Assembly (NCBI GenBank): GCA_037441745.1
Contig: JBBIRP010000001.1
Coordinates: forward strand, 1-37,719
DNA from: Ignavibacteriales bacterium
Lineage (GTDB): Bacteria; Bacteroidota; Ignavibacteria; UBA10030; SZUA-254
Direction: 5' to 3'
Length of the DNA: 37,719 nt
The notes under the pieces were generated by a model. The model saw only the letters and a program-made list of their open reading frames with translations. It did not search any database and had not been told where the DNA came from. This document shows, one piece after another, positions 18,061 through 25,957 of this stretch (positions are counted from its first letter, which is position 1; every line of letters starts with the position of its first letter). A program made the translations under genes and the position numbers.

Positions 18061-20295
18061 ATGAATTTAGGTCAAATAAGTATTTTAATTGCTTTTACTG
18101 CATCGCTTGGTGCAGTGATTACTTTCATTAGAAACGAACGATTGATAAACAATCAAAAACAAATTGGCAAAACAAAAATTCATTTTCAGTTTTACTATCT
18201 ATCTGTACTCTTTGGTTTAATAGCTTCAGTTATATTATTCTATTCGATACTTAATCATCAGTTCCAATACTCTTATGTTGTAAAATATAGTTCAAGAGAT
18301 TTACCTTTGATCTACTTAATCTCTGCGTTTTGGGCTGGACAAGAGGGAACATTTTTACTCTGGGCTGTATGGGTAAGTTTTATGGGAATAGTTTTTATTA
18401 AGAAATCAAACGGTACTGATAACTATGCGATAGCAGTTGTAAGCGCTTTTATTGCATTCCTTTATCTTATACTTTTAGTTAAAAGTCCATTCGAAATAAT
18501 TACACCAATTCCTCCAGACGGGCAGGGTCTAAATCCATTATTACAAGATCCGTGGATGGCAATTCATCCACCCATTCTTTTCCTTGGATATGCAGCTACA
18601 ACTTTCCCATTTGCCCTCATAATCTCCGGATTAGCAAGAGGAAATTACTCGAACTGGTACCAATTTGGTTTTTCCTGGTCACTCTTTGCCTCTTTGGCAC
18701 TCGGTGCTGGCATAACGATCGGCGGCTTTTGGGCTTATGAAGTTCTTGGTTGGGGAGGTTACTGGGGATGGGATCCCGTTGAAAATTCCTCACTTGTTCC
18801 CTGGATATCAACACTTGTTTTAATTCACGGATTCGTTGTGTTTAGAGCAAAAGGTTCTCTGCAAAGAACAAACATGTTCATGGCAATTATTGGTTTCATC
18901 CTAGTCTTATACGCCACATTCCTAACTCGCAGCGGAATTCTAGCTGATTTCTCAGTTCACTCATTTGTCGACCTGGGCATCAATAATTATCTAATTGGTA
19001 TTATGATTGTGAGTATTGTGGTTGGCCTTGGTTTATTTGTAAAAAGATTTAGAGAAATTAAATCACCTAAGATAGATACTTCGAGTTTCAATAGAGAATT
19101 ATTACTGTTATTGAGTATGTATGTTCTAGGTGCTGCTGCTTTGTTTACGTTTGTTGGTATGTCGTCTCCAATTATTACAGGATTTATAGGAAAAGCTTCT
19201 CAAGTTGACGTTTCGTTTTACAATAAAGTGAATCTGCCAGTAGCAATCATAATGGCGATCCTTCTTGGAATTACACCACTTCTCGGTTGGATAGAAGATA
19301 GAAAGATTACAATTCTGAAAAGATATTCATTATCTTTAATACTTACTGTATTGTCTTGCGTAATTGCATACGTTGCAGGTGTAACGTCACCAGTTTTACT
19401 TTTATTTGTTGGAGCTGCTGTATTTGCATTGATTTCAAATGTTATCATAATTTTCAGACAGTATCGTGTTGGGTGGTTGCATATAGGTGGCCCACTATCA
19501 CATATCGGTATCGCACTATTGTTAATTGGGATTATTGGTTCAGGCAGTTACGACGAATCCAAACAACTCATACTTAAGCAGAACGAGACTCAATCAATCT
19601 ATGGATATAATTTTACATTTAAAGGTATATCCAACCCACAAGCACTTAAACCTATAATGAACATTGAGGTTTCTGACGGTAAAAATTCATTCCTTGCGCA
19701 ACCAAAACTTTATTTCAGCCAATATAACCAAGCCATGATGAGAGAACCAGATATAAAAGTATTACCACTTAAAGATTTATATATTTCACCTCTTGAGTTA
19801 CAACAATTGGGCTTACCGGGCAATCACAATCCAATGATAGAAATTGCAAAAGGTGAAACAAAAGAAATATTGGGATATAAAATAACTTTTATAAAATTCG
19901 ATGTCGGCCAGCATGCAGAAACTGGTGCAATGTCTGTCGGGGCTGTATTGAATGTCGAATCAGAAAACATTAACAACAGTGTTGTACCTTTACTTACTTT
20001 CGACGAAAAAGGGAATCGAAAACCTATTCCTGCCGAATTACCAATCTTATCTAGTTTTTCCAATCAAGGGCTCAAACCACACGTAACTTTAGATGCTTTA
20101 AGCGTAGAAGAAAAGAAGATTTTATTAGAGTTTCATGGTTTTACTTCGCCTCATCAGGGGATAGAACAAACACAAGCATTAGTTGTTGATGTAAGCATTA
20201 AACCATTGATGATGGTAGTTTGGACTGGAGTAATATTAATAATACTTGGAACACTGATAGCCTGGCGAAGAAGAATGCTTCGAAAAATGGAATGA
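18061..20295 (+). CDS. ccmF: CcmF/NrfE-family cytochrome c haem lyase (System I type)
   Basis: Signature motifs: WAGQEGTFLLW; HPPILFLGY (conserved His); and the Trp-rich WWD motif GGFWAYEVLGWGGYWGWDPVENSSLVPW. 744 aa and polytopic, with a large soluble domain before the last TM helix. Confidence 0.85.
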   Translation: MNLGQISILIAFTASLGAVITFIRNERLINNQKQIGKTKIHFQFYYLSVLFGLIASVILFYSILNHQFQYSYVVKYSSRDLPLIYLISAFWAGQEGTFLLWAVWVSFMGIVFIKKSNGTDNYAIAVVSAFIAFLYLILLVKSPFEIITPIPPDGQGLNPLLQDPWMAIHPPILFLGYAATTFPFALIISGLARGNYSNWYQFGFSWSLFASLALGAGITIGGFWAYEVLGWGGYWGWDPVENSSLVPWISTLVLIHGFVVFRAKGSLQRTNMFMAIIGFILVLYATFLTRSGILADFSVHSFVDLGINNYLIGIMIVSIVVGLGLFVKRFREIKSPKIDTSSFNRELLLLLSMYVLGAAALFTFVGMSSPIITGFIGKASQVDVSFYNKVNLPVAIIMAILLGITPLLGWIEDRKITILKRYSLSLILTVLSCVIAYVAGVTSPVLLLFVGAAVFALISNVIIIFRQYRVGWLHIGGPLSHIGIALLLIGIIGSGSYDESKQLILKQNETQSIYGYNFTFKGISNPQALKPIMNIEVSDGKNSFLAQPKLYFSQYNQAMMREPDIKVLPLKDLYISPLELQQLGLPGNHNPMIEIAKGETKEILGYKITFIKFDVGQHAETGAMSVGAVLNVESENINNSVVPLLTFDEKGNRKPIPAELPILSSFSNQGLKPHVTLDALSVEEKKILLEFHGFTSPHQGIEQTQALVVDVSIKPLMMVVWTGVILIILGTLIAWRRRMLRKME

Positions 20296-20340
20296 GAATC
20301 ATTAACGAGTCTCAATCTGCTTATTAGAATTAGAATGAAC

Positions 20341-20369
20341 CCCCTATCAATTATAGATAGGGGTTTTTT
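20341..20369 (+). terminator. Rho-independent terminator closing the respiratory island
   Basis: The stem is cccctatc / gatagggg (8 bp) with a 7-nt loop, followed by tttttt. It lies 46 nt after the ccmF-like stop. Confidence 0.6.
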
Positions 20370-20561
20370 ATTTAATCTTTTAATGATTAGTTAAATTGTA
20401 CAATCTATAAGTGAAGCAACAAATTACAGGTCAACAAATCGTATAATAAATCATTTTTGAGATTAAAACCCATTCCAAATTTTCTCTTTTGAAAATCAAG
20501 TCTTAATATCTCACTCAAATTAATATTATTCGACTTAAATACAATATCTATAGTAGGCATA

Positions 20562-20589
20562 ATAATTGATATTTATAAATATCAATTAT
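20562..20589. promoter_or_regulatory. 28-bp perfect palindrome (candidate operator or leader hairpin) ending 2 nt before the MerR-family start codon
   Basis: ATAATTGATATTTA|TAAATATCAATTAT equals its own reverse complement. A sigma70-like TTAAAT(20535)-N17-CATAAT(20558) lies upstream, and its -10 hexamer overlaps the left arm. Confidence 0.5.
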
Positions 20590-20591
20590 AT

Positions 20592-21044
20592 ATGAGATCA
20601 GAAATTATTCAAAATCCAGATACACCTATTTATCCAATACGAACCGCTGCAAAGATGCTTGGAATTTCGGTTTATACATTAAGAATGTATGAACGCGCAG
20701 GACTGATTTTACCTTTTCAAAAAGAATCGAGCCATCGACTTTACTCAGATACAGACATAGAACGATTGAAATGCATCCGTCGCGCAATCAATGAAGAGAA
20801 AATTAGTATTGCTGGGATACAAAGAATTCAAGCTTTGATTCCATGCTGGGAAATTGTACAATGCTCTCAACGAGATAGAAACCAATGTGAGGCATTTAGA
20901 AATCATACACAAGCATGTTGGACATTTAATCATTTGAAGAATAAATGTAAGAAACGCAACTGCAGGTCTTGTCCCGTTTACAAAGAATTTATCGACTGTT
21001 CTAAAATTAAAAACAAGATTATTGAGTTAACAGAGAAAATATGA
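20592..21044 (+). CDS. MerR-family transcriptional regulator with a Cys-rich C-terminal domain containing two CW pairs
   Basis: The N-terminus is a MerR HTH (IRTAAKMLGISVYTLRMYERAGLILP...RLYSDTDIERLKCIRR). The C-terminus has 8 Cys in ~55 aa: CWEIVQCSQRDRNQCEAFRNHTQACWTFNHLKNKCKKRNCRSCP...DC. ATGA overlap with the downstream molybdoenzyme gene. Confidence 0.85.
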   Translation: MRSEIIQNPDTPIYPIRTAAKMLGISVYTLRMYERAGLILPFQKESSHRLYSDTDIERLKCIRRAINEEKISIAGIQRIQALIPCWEIVQCSQRDRNQCEAFRNHTQACWTFNHLKNKCKKRNCRSCPVYKEFIDCSKIKNKIIELTEKI

Positions 21045-23230
21045 ATTCGATTTCAAGAAGAAAATTTTTAAAAATATCTGGTGCTACTATTTCAACAGCA
21101 GTTGTGATTAATAAAGTCTCGAAAGCATTAGAAAAAACTGATGCAGCAAATCAGAAAGGTATTAAAAAAATTCCGACTTTTTGCGATTTATGTTTCTGGA
21201 AATGTGGTGCAATTGCTTACGTACGTGATGGTAAATTGTGGAAGATCGAAGGTAACCCGATTGATCCTCTTAGCGGGGGACGGTTATGTCCGCGTGGAAC
21301 AGGTGGAATCGGCGCACATTACGATCCAGATAGATTACGCTCGCCATTGATTCGCACACAAGAACGCGGAAAAGAAATGTGGAAGGAGGTAACATGGGAT
21401 GAAGCTCTAGATTTTATCGTGGAAAAAATGCAGATTATCAAAGCAAAATATGGTCCAGAATCTATGGCAATGTTTAGTCATGGTATTGGTGGAAATTTTT
21501 TAAAGCATACACTGAAAGCATTTGGCGTAATAAATTTTGCCGCGCCCTCATTTGCACAATGCCGCGGACCAAGGGATGTCGGTTTCAAGTTAACCTTTGG
21601 CGAAGACGTCAGTTCCCCGGAACGAACAGATATTAGAAACGCTCAATGTCTCGTGCTTATCGGCAGCCATCTTGGTGAGAATATGCACAACACACAAGTA
21701 CAAGAGTTTGCAGAGGCGATTGATAATGGTGCATCGATCATAGTAGTTGACCCGAGGTTCTCCATCGCTGCAAGTAAAGCAAAATTTTATCTACCAATAA
21801 AACCCGGAACCGATCTCGCGCTTTTGCTTGCATGGATGAATGTCATCGTTACTGAAAATCTCTATGATAAGGAATATGTCGAGAAATATGGATTCGGCTT
21901 TGAACAATTCAAGGCGGAGATTTCGTCTTACACTCCTGAGTGGGCTTACCCAGAAACAGGCATTGAGCCAAAGCTTATCCTTTCAACAGCTCGCGAAATG
22001 GCTCGTTACAAACCAGCGGCTTTAATCCACCCAGGTAGGCACGTCAATTGGTATGGCGATGATGCACAACGAAGTAGAGCAATTGCTTTACTAAATGCAC
22101 TTTTAGGAAGTTGGGGAAGAAAGGGTGGATTCTATTATCCGGTAAGTATGGATGTCCGATCGTATCCATATCCAGCTTATCCAAATCCGACGAAAGAAAA
22201 AGTCGATAATCCTAATAAAAAATATCCGTTCGCAGATGAAGCGATTACAACTGGAATTCGTGAAGCAACTCTCACAGGTAATCCGTATCCTATCAAGGGA
22301 TGGTTTGTTTATGCAACAAACCTGATGCAAGCGTTACCAAATGGAGAAATCACTAAACAGGCGATTCAGAATTTAGATTTGATGGTTGTTGTCGATGTAA
22401 TCCCAAGCGAGATTGCAGGTTGGGCAGATGTAGTATTACCAGAATCGGTTTATCTTGAGAGATATGATGATTTAAATGTTGAGTGGTTTCGTGAACCTTT
22501 CATTGCTTTGAGACAACCAGTCGTTGAATCACCAAATGATCAAAAACCGAATTGGTGGATTGCAAAAAAACTTGCTGAAAAATTAGGACTCGGAAATTAT
22601 TTCCCTTGGAAAGATATTGAGGAATATTTCAATTATCGACTGACTGCGGCTGGATTAAGTTTTGACGAGTTGAGGAAGAACGGTATCATACTCGGGGCTA
22701 AACAGCCAATCTATTTTGATGAAGGCGTACCAGCAGAATTTCCAACTCCATCGGGGAAGATTGAATTCTACTCCCCTCAACTTCAACAAGCGGGATTTGA
22801 TCCTGTGCCGAAATATAAACGTCCTTCAAATGGACCTGTTGGGTCGTTCAGATTGTTATATGGCAGGGCATCCGTACATTCATTTAGTCGAACTCAATCT
22901 AACAGAATTTTATCCGATATGATGTCTGAAAACGAAGTTTGGATTAATACAATTATTGCAGAACGTTACGGGATAAAAAACGGTGACTATATAAAATTAA
23001 AAAATCAGGATGGCGTGATGAGCAATAAAGTAAAAGTCAAAGTAACAGAAAGAATAAGGCCCGATTGTGTTTTCATGGTACACGGTTTTGGCCATACCGC
23101 AAAAGGATTGAAACATGTATACTTAAAAGGTGCAAGCGATGCACAATTGCTTACCCGATACGAAATTGATCCATTAATGGGTGCAACTAGCATGAATATG
23201 AATTTTGTAACAATTGAGATTGGGGATTAA
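21041..23230 (+). CDS. Tat-exported molybdopterin oxidoreductase catalytic subunit, polysulfide/thiosulfate reductase (PsrA/PhsA) family
   Basis: Tat motif SRRKFLKISG. FS0 motif CDLCFWKC-x27-CPRG. A candidate Mo-ligand Cys sits in SFAQCRGPR. The gene is followed by FeS and NrfD genes and by sulfur-transfer genes. Confidence 0.85.
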   Translation: MNSISRRKFLKISGATISTAVVINKVSKALEKTDAANQKGIKKIPTFCDLCFWKCGAIAYVRDGKLWKIEGNPIDPLSGGRLCPRGTGGIGAHYDPDRLRSPLIRTQERGKEMWKEVTWDEALDFIVEKMQIIKAKYGPESMAMFSHGIGGNFLKHTLKAFGVINFAAPSFAQCRGPRDVGFKLTFGEDVSSPERTDIRNAQCLVLIGSHLGENMHNTQVQEFAEAIDNGASIIVVDPRFSIAASKAKFYLPIKPGTDLALLLAWMNVIVTENLYDKEYVEKYGFGFEQFKAEISSYTPEWAYPETGIEPKLILSTAREMARYKPAALIHPGRHVNWYGDDAQRSRAIALLNALLGSWGRKGGFYYPVSMDVRSYPYPAYPNPTKEKVDNPNKKYPFADEAITTGIREATLTGNPYPIKGWFVYATNLMQALPNGEITKQAIQNLDLMVVVDVIPSEIAGWADVVLPESVYLERYDDLNVEWFREPFIALRQPVVESPNDQKPNWWIAKKLAEKLGLGNYFPWKDIEEYFNYRLTAAGLSFDELRKNGIILGAKQPIYFDEGVPAEFPTPSGKIEFYSPQLQQAGFDPVPKYKRPSNGPVGSFRLLYGRASVHSFSRTQSNRILSDMMSENEVWINTIIAERYGIKNGDYIKLKNQDGVMSNKVKVKVTERIRPDCVFMVHGFGHTAKGLKHVYLKGASDAQLLTRYEIDPLMGATSMNMNFVTIEIGD

Positions 23231-23232
23231 TC

Positions 23233-23772
23233 ATGGCACGATTTGGAATGGTGATTGACACGAAAAAATGTGTCGGCTGCATGGATTGTGTTGTCGCTTG
23301 CAAAACTGAAAACGATGTACCCGAAGCATTCAATCGTGATTGGATTGTGCAGGATGTGCGTGGTAAAAATCCCAATCTCCATATGGAAATCAGAACCGAG
23401 CGATGCAATCATTGTGATCATCCTCCGTGTGTTTACTGTTGTCCAACTGGCGCAAGCCATGTACACGATCTCGGTGGTATCGTACTTGTGACTCACGATT
23501 TATGTATCGGTTGCAAGGCATGTCTCGCGTCATGCCCGTATGATGCACGATTTATTCATCCCGAGGGCTATGCAGATAAATGTACATTTTGTGTTCACCG
23601 GGTTGAAAAGGGGTTGGATCCAGCATGTGTTTCTGTCTGTCCGACTCATTGCATGTACTTCGGAGATTTTGATGATCCTAACAGTCAAGTAAGCAAGCTT
23701 CTTGCATCAAGGGAAAATCATTCATTGATTCCCGAAACTGGGACAAGACCACAAATATTTTATTTAGTGTGA
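23233..23772 (+). CDS. Four-cluster [4Fe-4S] electron-transfer subunit (PsrB/PhsB-like)
   Basis: Cys motifs CVGCMDCVVAC, CNHCDHPPCVYCCP, CIGCKACLASCP and CTFCVHR...ACVSVCP. Confidence 0.9.
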   Translation: MARFGMVIDTKKCVGCMDCVVACKTENDVPEAFNRDWIVQDVRGKNPNLHMEIRTERCNHCDHPPCVYCCPTGASHVHDLGGIVLVTHDLCIGCKACLASCPYDARFIHPEGYADKCTFCVHRVEKGLDPACVSVCPTHCMYFGDFDDPNSQVSKLLASRENHSLIPETGTRPQIFYLV

Positions 23773-23778
23773 GATAAT

Positions 23779-24726
23779 ATGCATGAATACACAATAACAC
23801 GACATAATGAAATGATTGATCCATCTCTGCATATCTGGGGATGGGAAATTTCAGTCTATCTTTTTATAGGCGGTTTGGTTGCAGGTATTATGATAATAAC
23901 TGGATATTTTATTTTTAAAGGTAAATATCTGGATAAGAATTGTGTCTGCAGAGTTTTACCATTGTTGGGGATGATCTTATTGAGCTTGGGTATGTTTGCG
24001 TTGTTTTTAGACCTTGAGCATAAATTATATACCTGGCGATTATACTTAACGTTCAAGATCGCTTCCCCAATGTCTTGGGGTGCATGGATCTTGGTCGTTG
24101 TATATCCTGCAAAGATTACAAGTTTCTTCGTTAATGTTTCTGAATATTTTTCAAAAAGATTTCAATGGATGAACAGAATGTCCGAAAAGTTACAAGAACA
24201 TAAATATTTAATCAAGACTATCGGAGTTGTTAATATGTTGCTGGGTGGATTTCTTGGTATTTACACTGGTGTTTTATTAAGCGCGTTAGGTGCTCGACCA
24301 TTATGGAATAGTTCTATGTTATGGATGTTGTTTGTAATTTCTGGTTTATCTTCAGCAGCAGCATTTGTTCATCTGGTGGCAAAGAATATTGATGAAAGAG
24401 AATTACTTGCTAAAGCTGATAATGGCTTTTTAATAATTGAAATTTTTGTGATAAGCTTATACTTGATTGGAATGATTACATCCACAAAAGTTCATATACA
24501 ATCGGCAATGTTATTGTTAAATGGAATATTCTCACCAGCATTTTGGGTATTCGTGATTGGACTTGGAATCGTTATTCCATTGACTATCCAATTATTAGCA
24601 GTAAATCATAAAATCAAACATACACCAATTGCACCAATTCTTGTGATAACAGGTGGATTGATTTTACGATTTATAATTGTCGAAGCAGGACAATATTCAC
24701 GCTGGATAGACGCAGCATTTAAATGA
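23779..24726 (+). CDS. NrfD-family membrane anchor, short 8-helix form (PsrC/PhsC-like)
   Basis: 315 aa with about 8 hydrophobic helices. It is the third gene of an A-B-C molybdoenzyme operon. Confidence 0.85.
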   Translation: MHEYTITRHNEMIDPSLHIWGWEISVYLFIGGLVAGIMIITGYFIFKGKYLDKNCVCRVLPLLGMILLSLGMFALFLDLEHKLYTWRLYLTFKIASPMSWGAWILVVVYPAKITSFFVNVSEYFSKRFQWMNRMSEKLQEHKYLIKTIGVVNMLLGGFLGIYTGVLLSALGARPLWNSSMLWMLFVISGLSSAAAFVHLVAKNIDERELLAKADNGFLIIEIFVISLYLIGMITSTKVHIQSAMLLLNGIFSPAFWVFVIGLGIVIPLTIQLLAVNHKIKHTPIAPILVITGGLILRFIIVEAGQYSRWIDAAFK

Positions 24727-24817
24727 TTAGCTTTGTAGCTTTCATGGTTTAATACATAACCATAAGGTACGCTGGAAATGTAAAAAGAGTAAAAAAATAA
24801 AATAGAAGGATTTAATT

Positions 24818-25360
24818 ATGTCATCAAAACAAAATGAAATTCAACACTTTCAAAAGCCGTACTGGAATCCATATTTATCAGGCATAGGTTTGGGTTTTGT
24901 GCTTCTTTTATCTTACGTCATAATGGGTCGTGGACTTGGTGCATCGGGTGCATTCTCAACACTTGTGGCAACAAGTATCAATGCGATTACTCCAGAGCAT
25001 GCAAGAACAAACGAATTCTACTCTGAATATATATCAGATACAAGTAAAAGTCCGCTGAAGGATTGGTTGGTATTCGAAGTTCTCGGAGTTTTTACTGGCG
25101 GGTTTATTTCCGGTGCGCTCGCAAACAGAATCAAGAAAACAATTGAAAAAGGGCCAAATATATCCATACGCAGCCGATTAATTTACGCTTTCATCGGTGG
25201 TTCGATAATGGGTATCGGTGCAAAACTTGCACGTGGCTGCACAAGCGGTCAGGCATTAACGGGTGGCGCCGTACTTAACGTTGGTAGTTGGGCGTTTATG
25301 CTAGCCGTTTTCGGTGGAGCTTACATGATTGCATATTTTTTTAGGAGACAATGGAAATGA
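24818..25360 (+). CDS. YeeE/YedE-family sulfur-compound transporter, half-size subunit 1
   Basis: A polytopic 180-aa protein with the family-typical conserved Cys loop, LARGCTSGQALTGG. Confidence 0.8.
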   Translation: MSSKQNEIQHFQKPYWNPYLSGIGLGFVLLLSYVIMGRGLGASGAFSTLVATSINAITPEHARTNEFYSEYISDTSKSPLKDWLVFEVLGVFTGGFISGALANRIKKTIEKGPNISIRSRLIYAFIGGSIMGIGAKLARGCTSGQALTGGAVLNVGSWAFMLAVFGGAYMIAYFFRRQWK

Positions 25361-25956
25361 ATATTCCTTTTTATAAATATGGATTATTTGGCGATGATGT
25401 TAGTTTAGTCGTTGCATTTGTCATCGGCATTGGTTTTGGATTCTTCTTGGAACGTGCCGGATTTGGGAATGCTCGTAAACTTGCTGCTCAATTTTATTTT
25501 AACGACATGACTGTATTCAAAGTAATGTTCACTGCAATTATTACAGCAATGATCGGTATTTATTATTTATCTGTACTTGGTTGGATGGATTTGTCGTTAG
25601 TCTACTTAAATCCGACCTATATTGTTCCACAAACCATCGGCGGTTTAATACTTGGTATCGGATTCGTAATTGGTGGATATTGCCCTGGAACTTCATGCGT
25701 TTCAGCGGTTACCGGAAAAATTGATGGAATGATCTATCTACTCGGTATCATTTTTGGAATATTCATTTTCGGTGAAATATTCCCACTAATTAGTAACTTC
25801 TATAACTCCACACCTATGGGGCAGATTACACTCCCACAGTTACTCAACATTACATATGGTGTCTTAGTGTTTGCCGTTGTGATGATGGCGATTGGTGGAT
25901 TTGCTGTTGCTGAATGGGTAGAAAAAAAACTTGGTAATAAAATAATGGAGCCATGA
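25351..25956 (+). CDS. YeeE/YedE-family sulfur-compound transporter, half-size subunit 2
   Basis: A polytopic 201-aa protein with the conserved loop GGYCPGTSCVS. It overlaps the upstream gene. The alternative start ATG 25357 has better spacing from aggag (25343-25347). Confidence 0.8.
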   Translation: MEMNIPFYKYGLFGDDVSLVVAFVIGIGFGFFLERAGFGNARKLAAQFYFNDMTVFKVMFTAIITAMIGIYYLSVLGWMDLSLVYLNPTYIVPQTIGGLILGIGFVIGGYCPGTSCVSAVTGKIDGMIYLLGIIFGIFIFGEIFPLISNFYNSTPMGQITLPQLLNITYGVLVFAVVMMAIGGFAVAEWVEKKLGNKIMEP

Positions 25957-25957
25957 A

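Noticed and set aside
1-20295. Specialised haem motifs that require dedicated lyases (CxxCK, CX15CH, CX4CH) as a rationale for the CcmF-like gene
   Set aside because: I checked every Cys pair in the seven cytochromes. All are strict CxxCH except the one CxxxCH at CGETCH in ORF 4177-5667. I saw no CxxCK and no long-spacer motif.
13498-23230. Selenocysteine (in-frame TGA) recoding in the two molybdopterin-family genes
   Set aside because: Both ORFs are uninterrupted. The Psr-type enzyme has an ordinary Cys codon at the ligand position and the other has Asn/Asp there. I did not need to invoke a SECIS-like hairpin.
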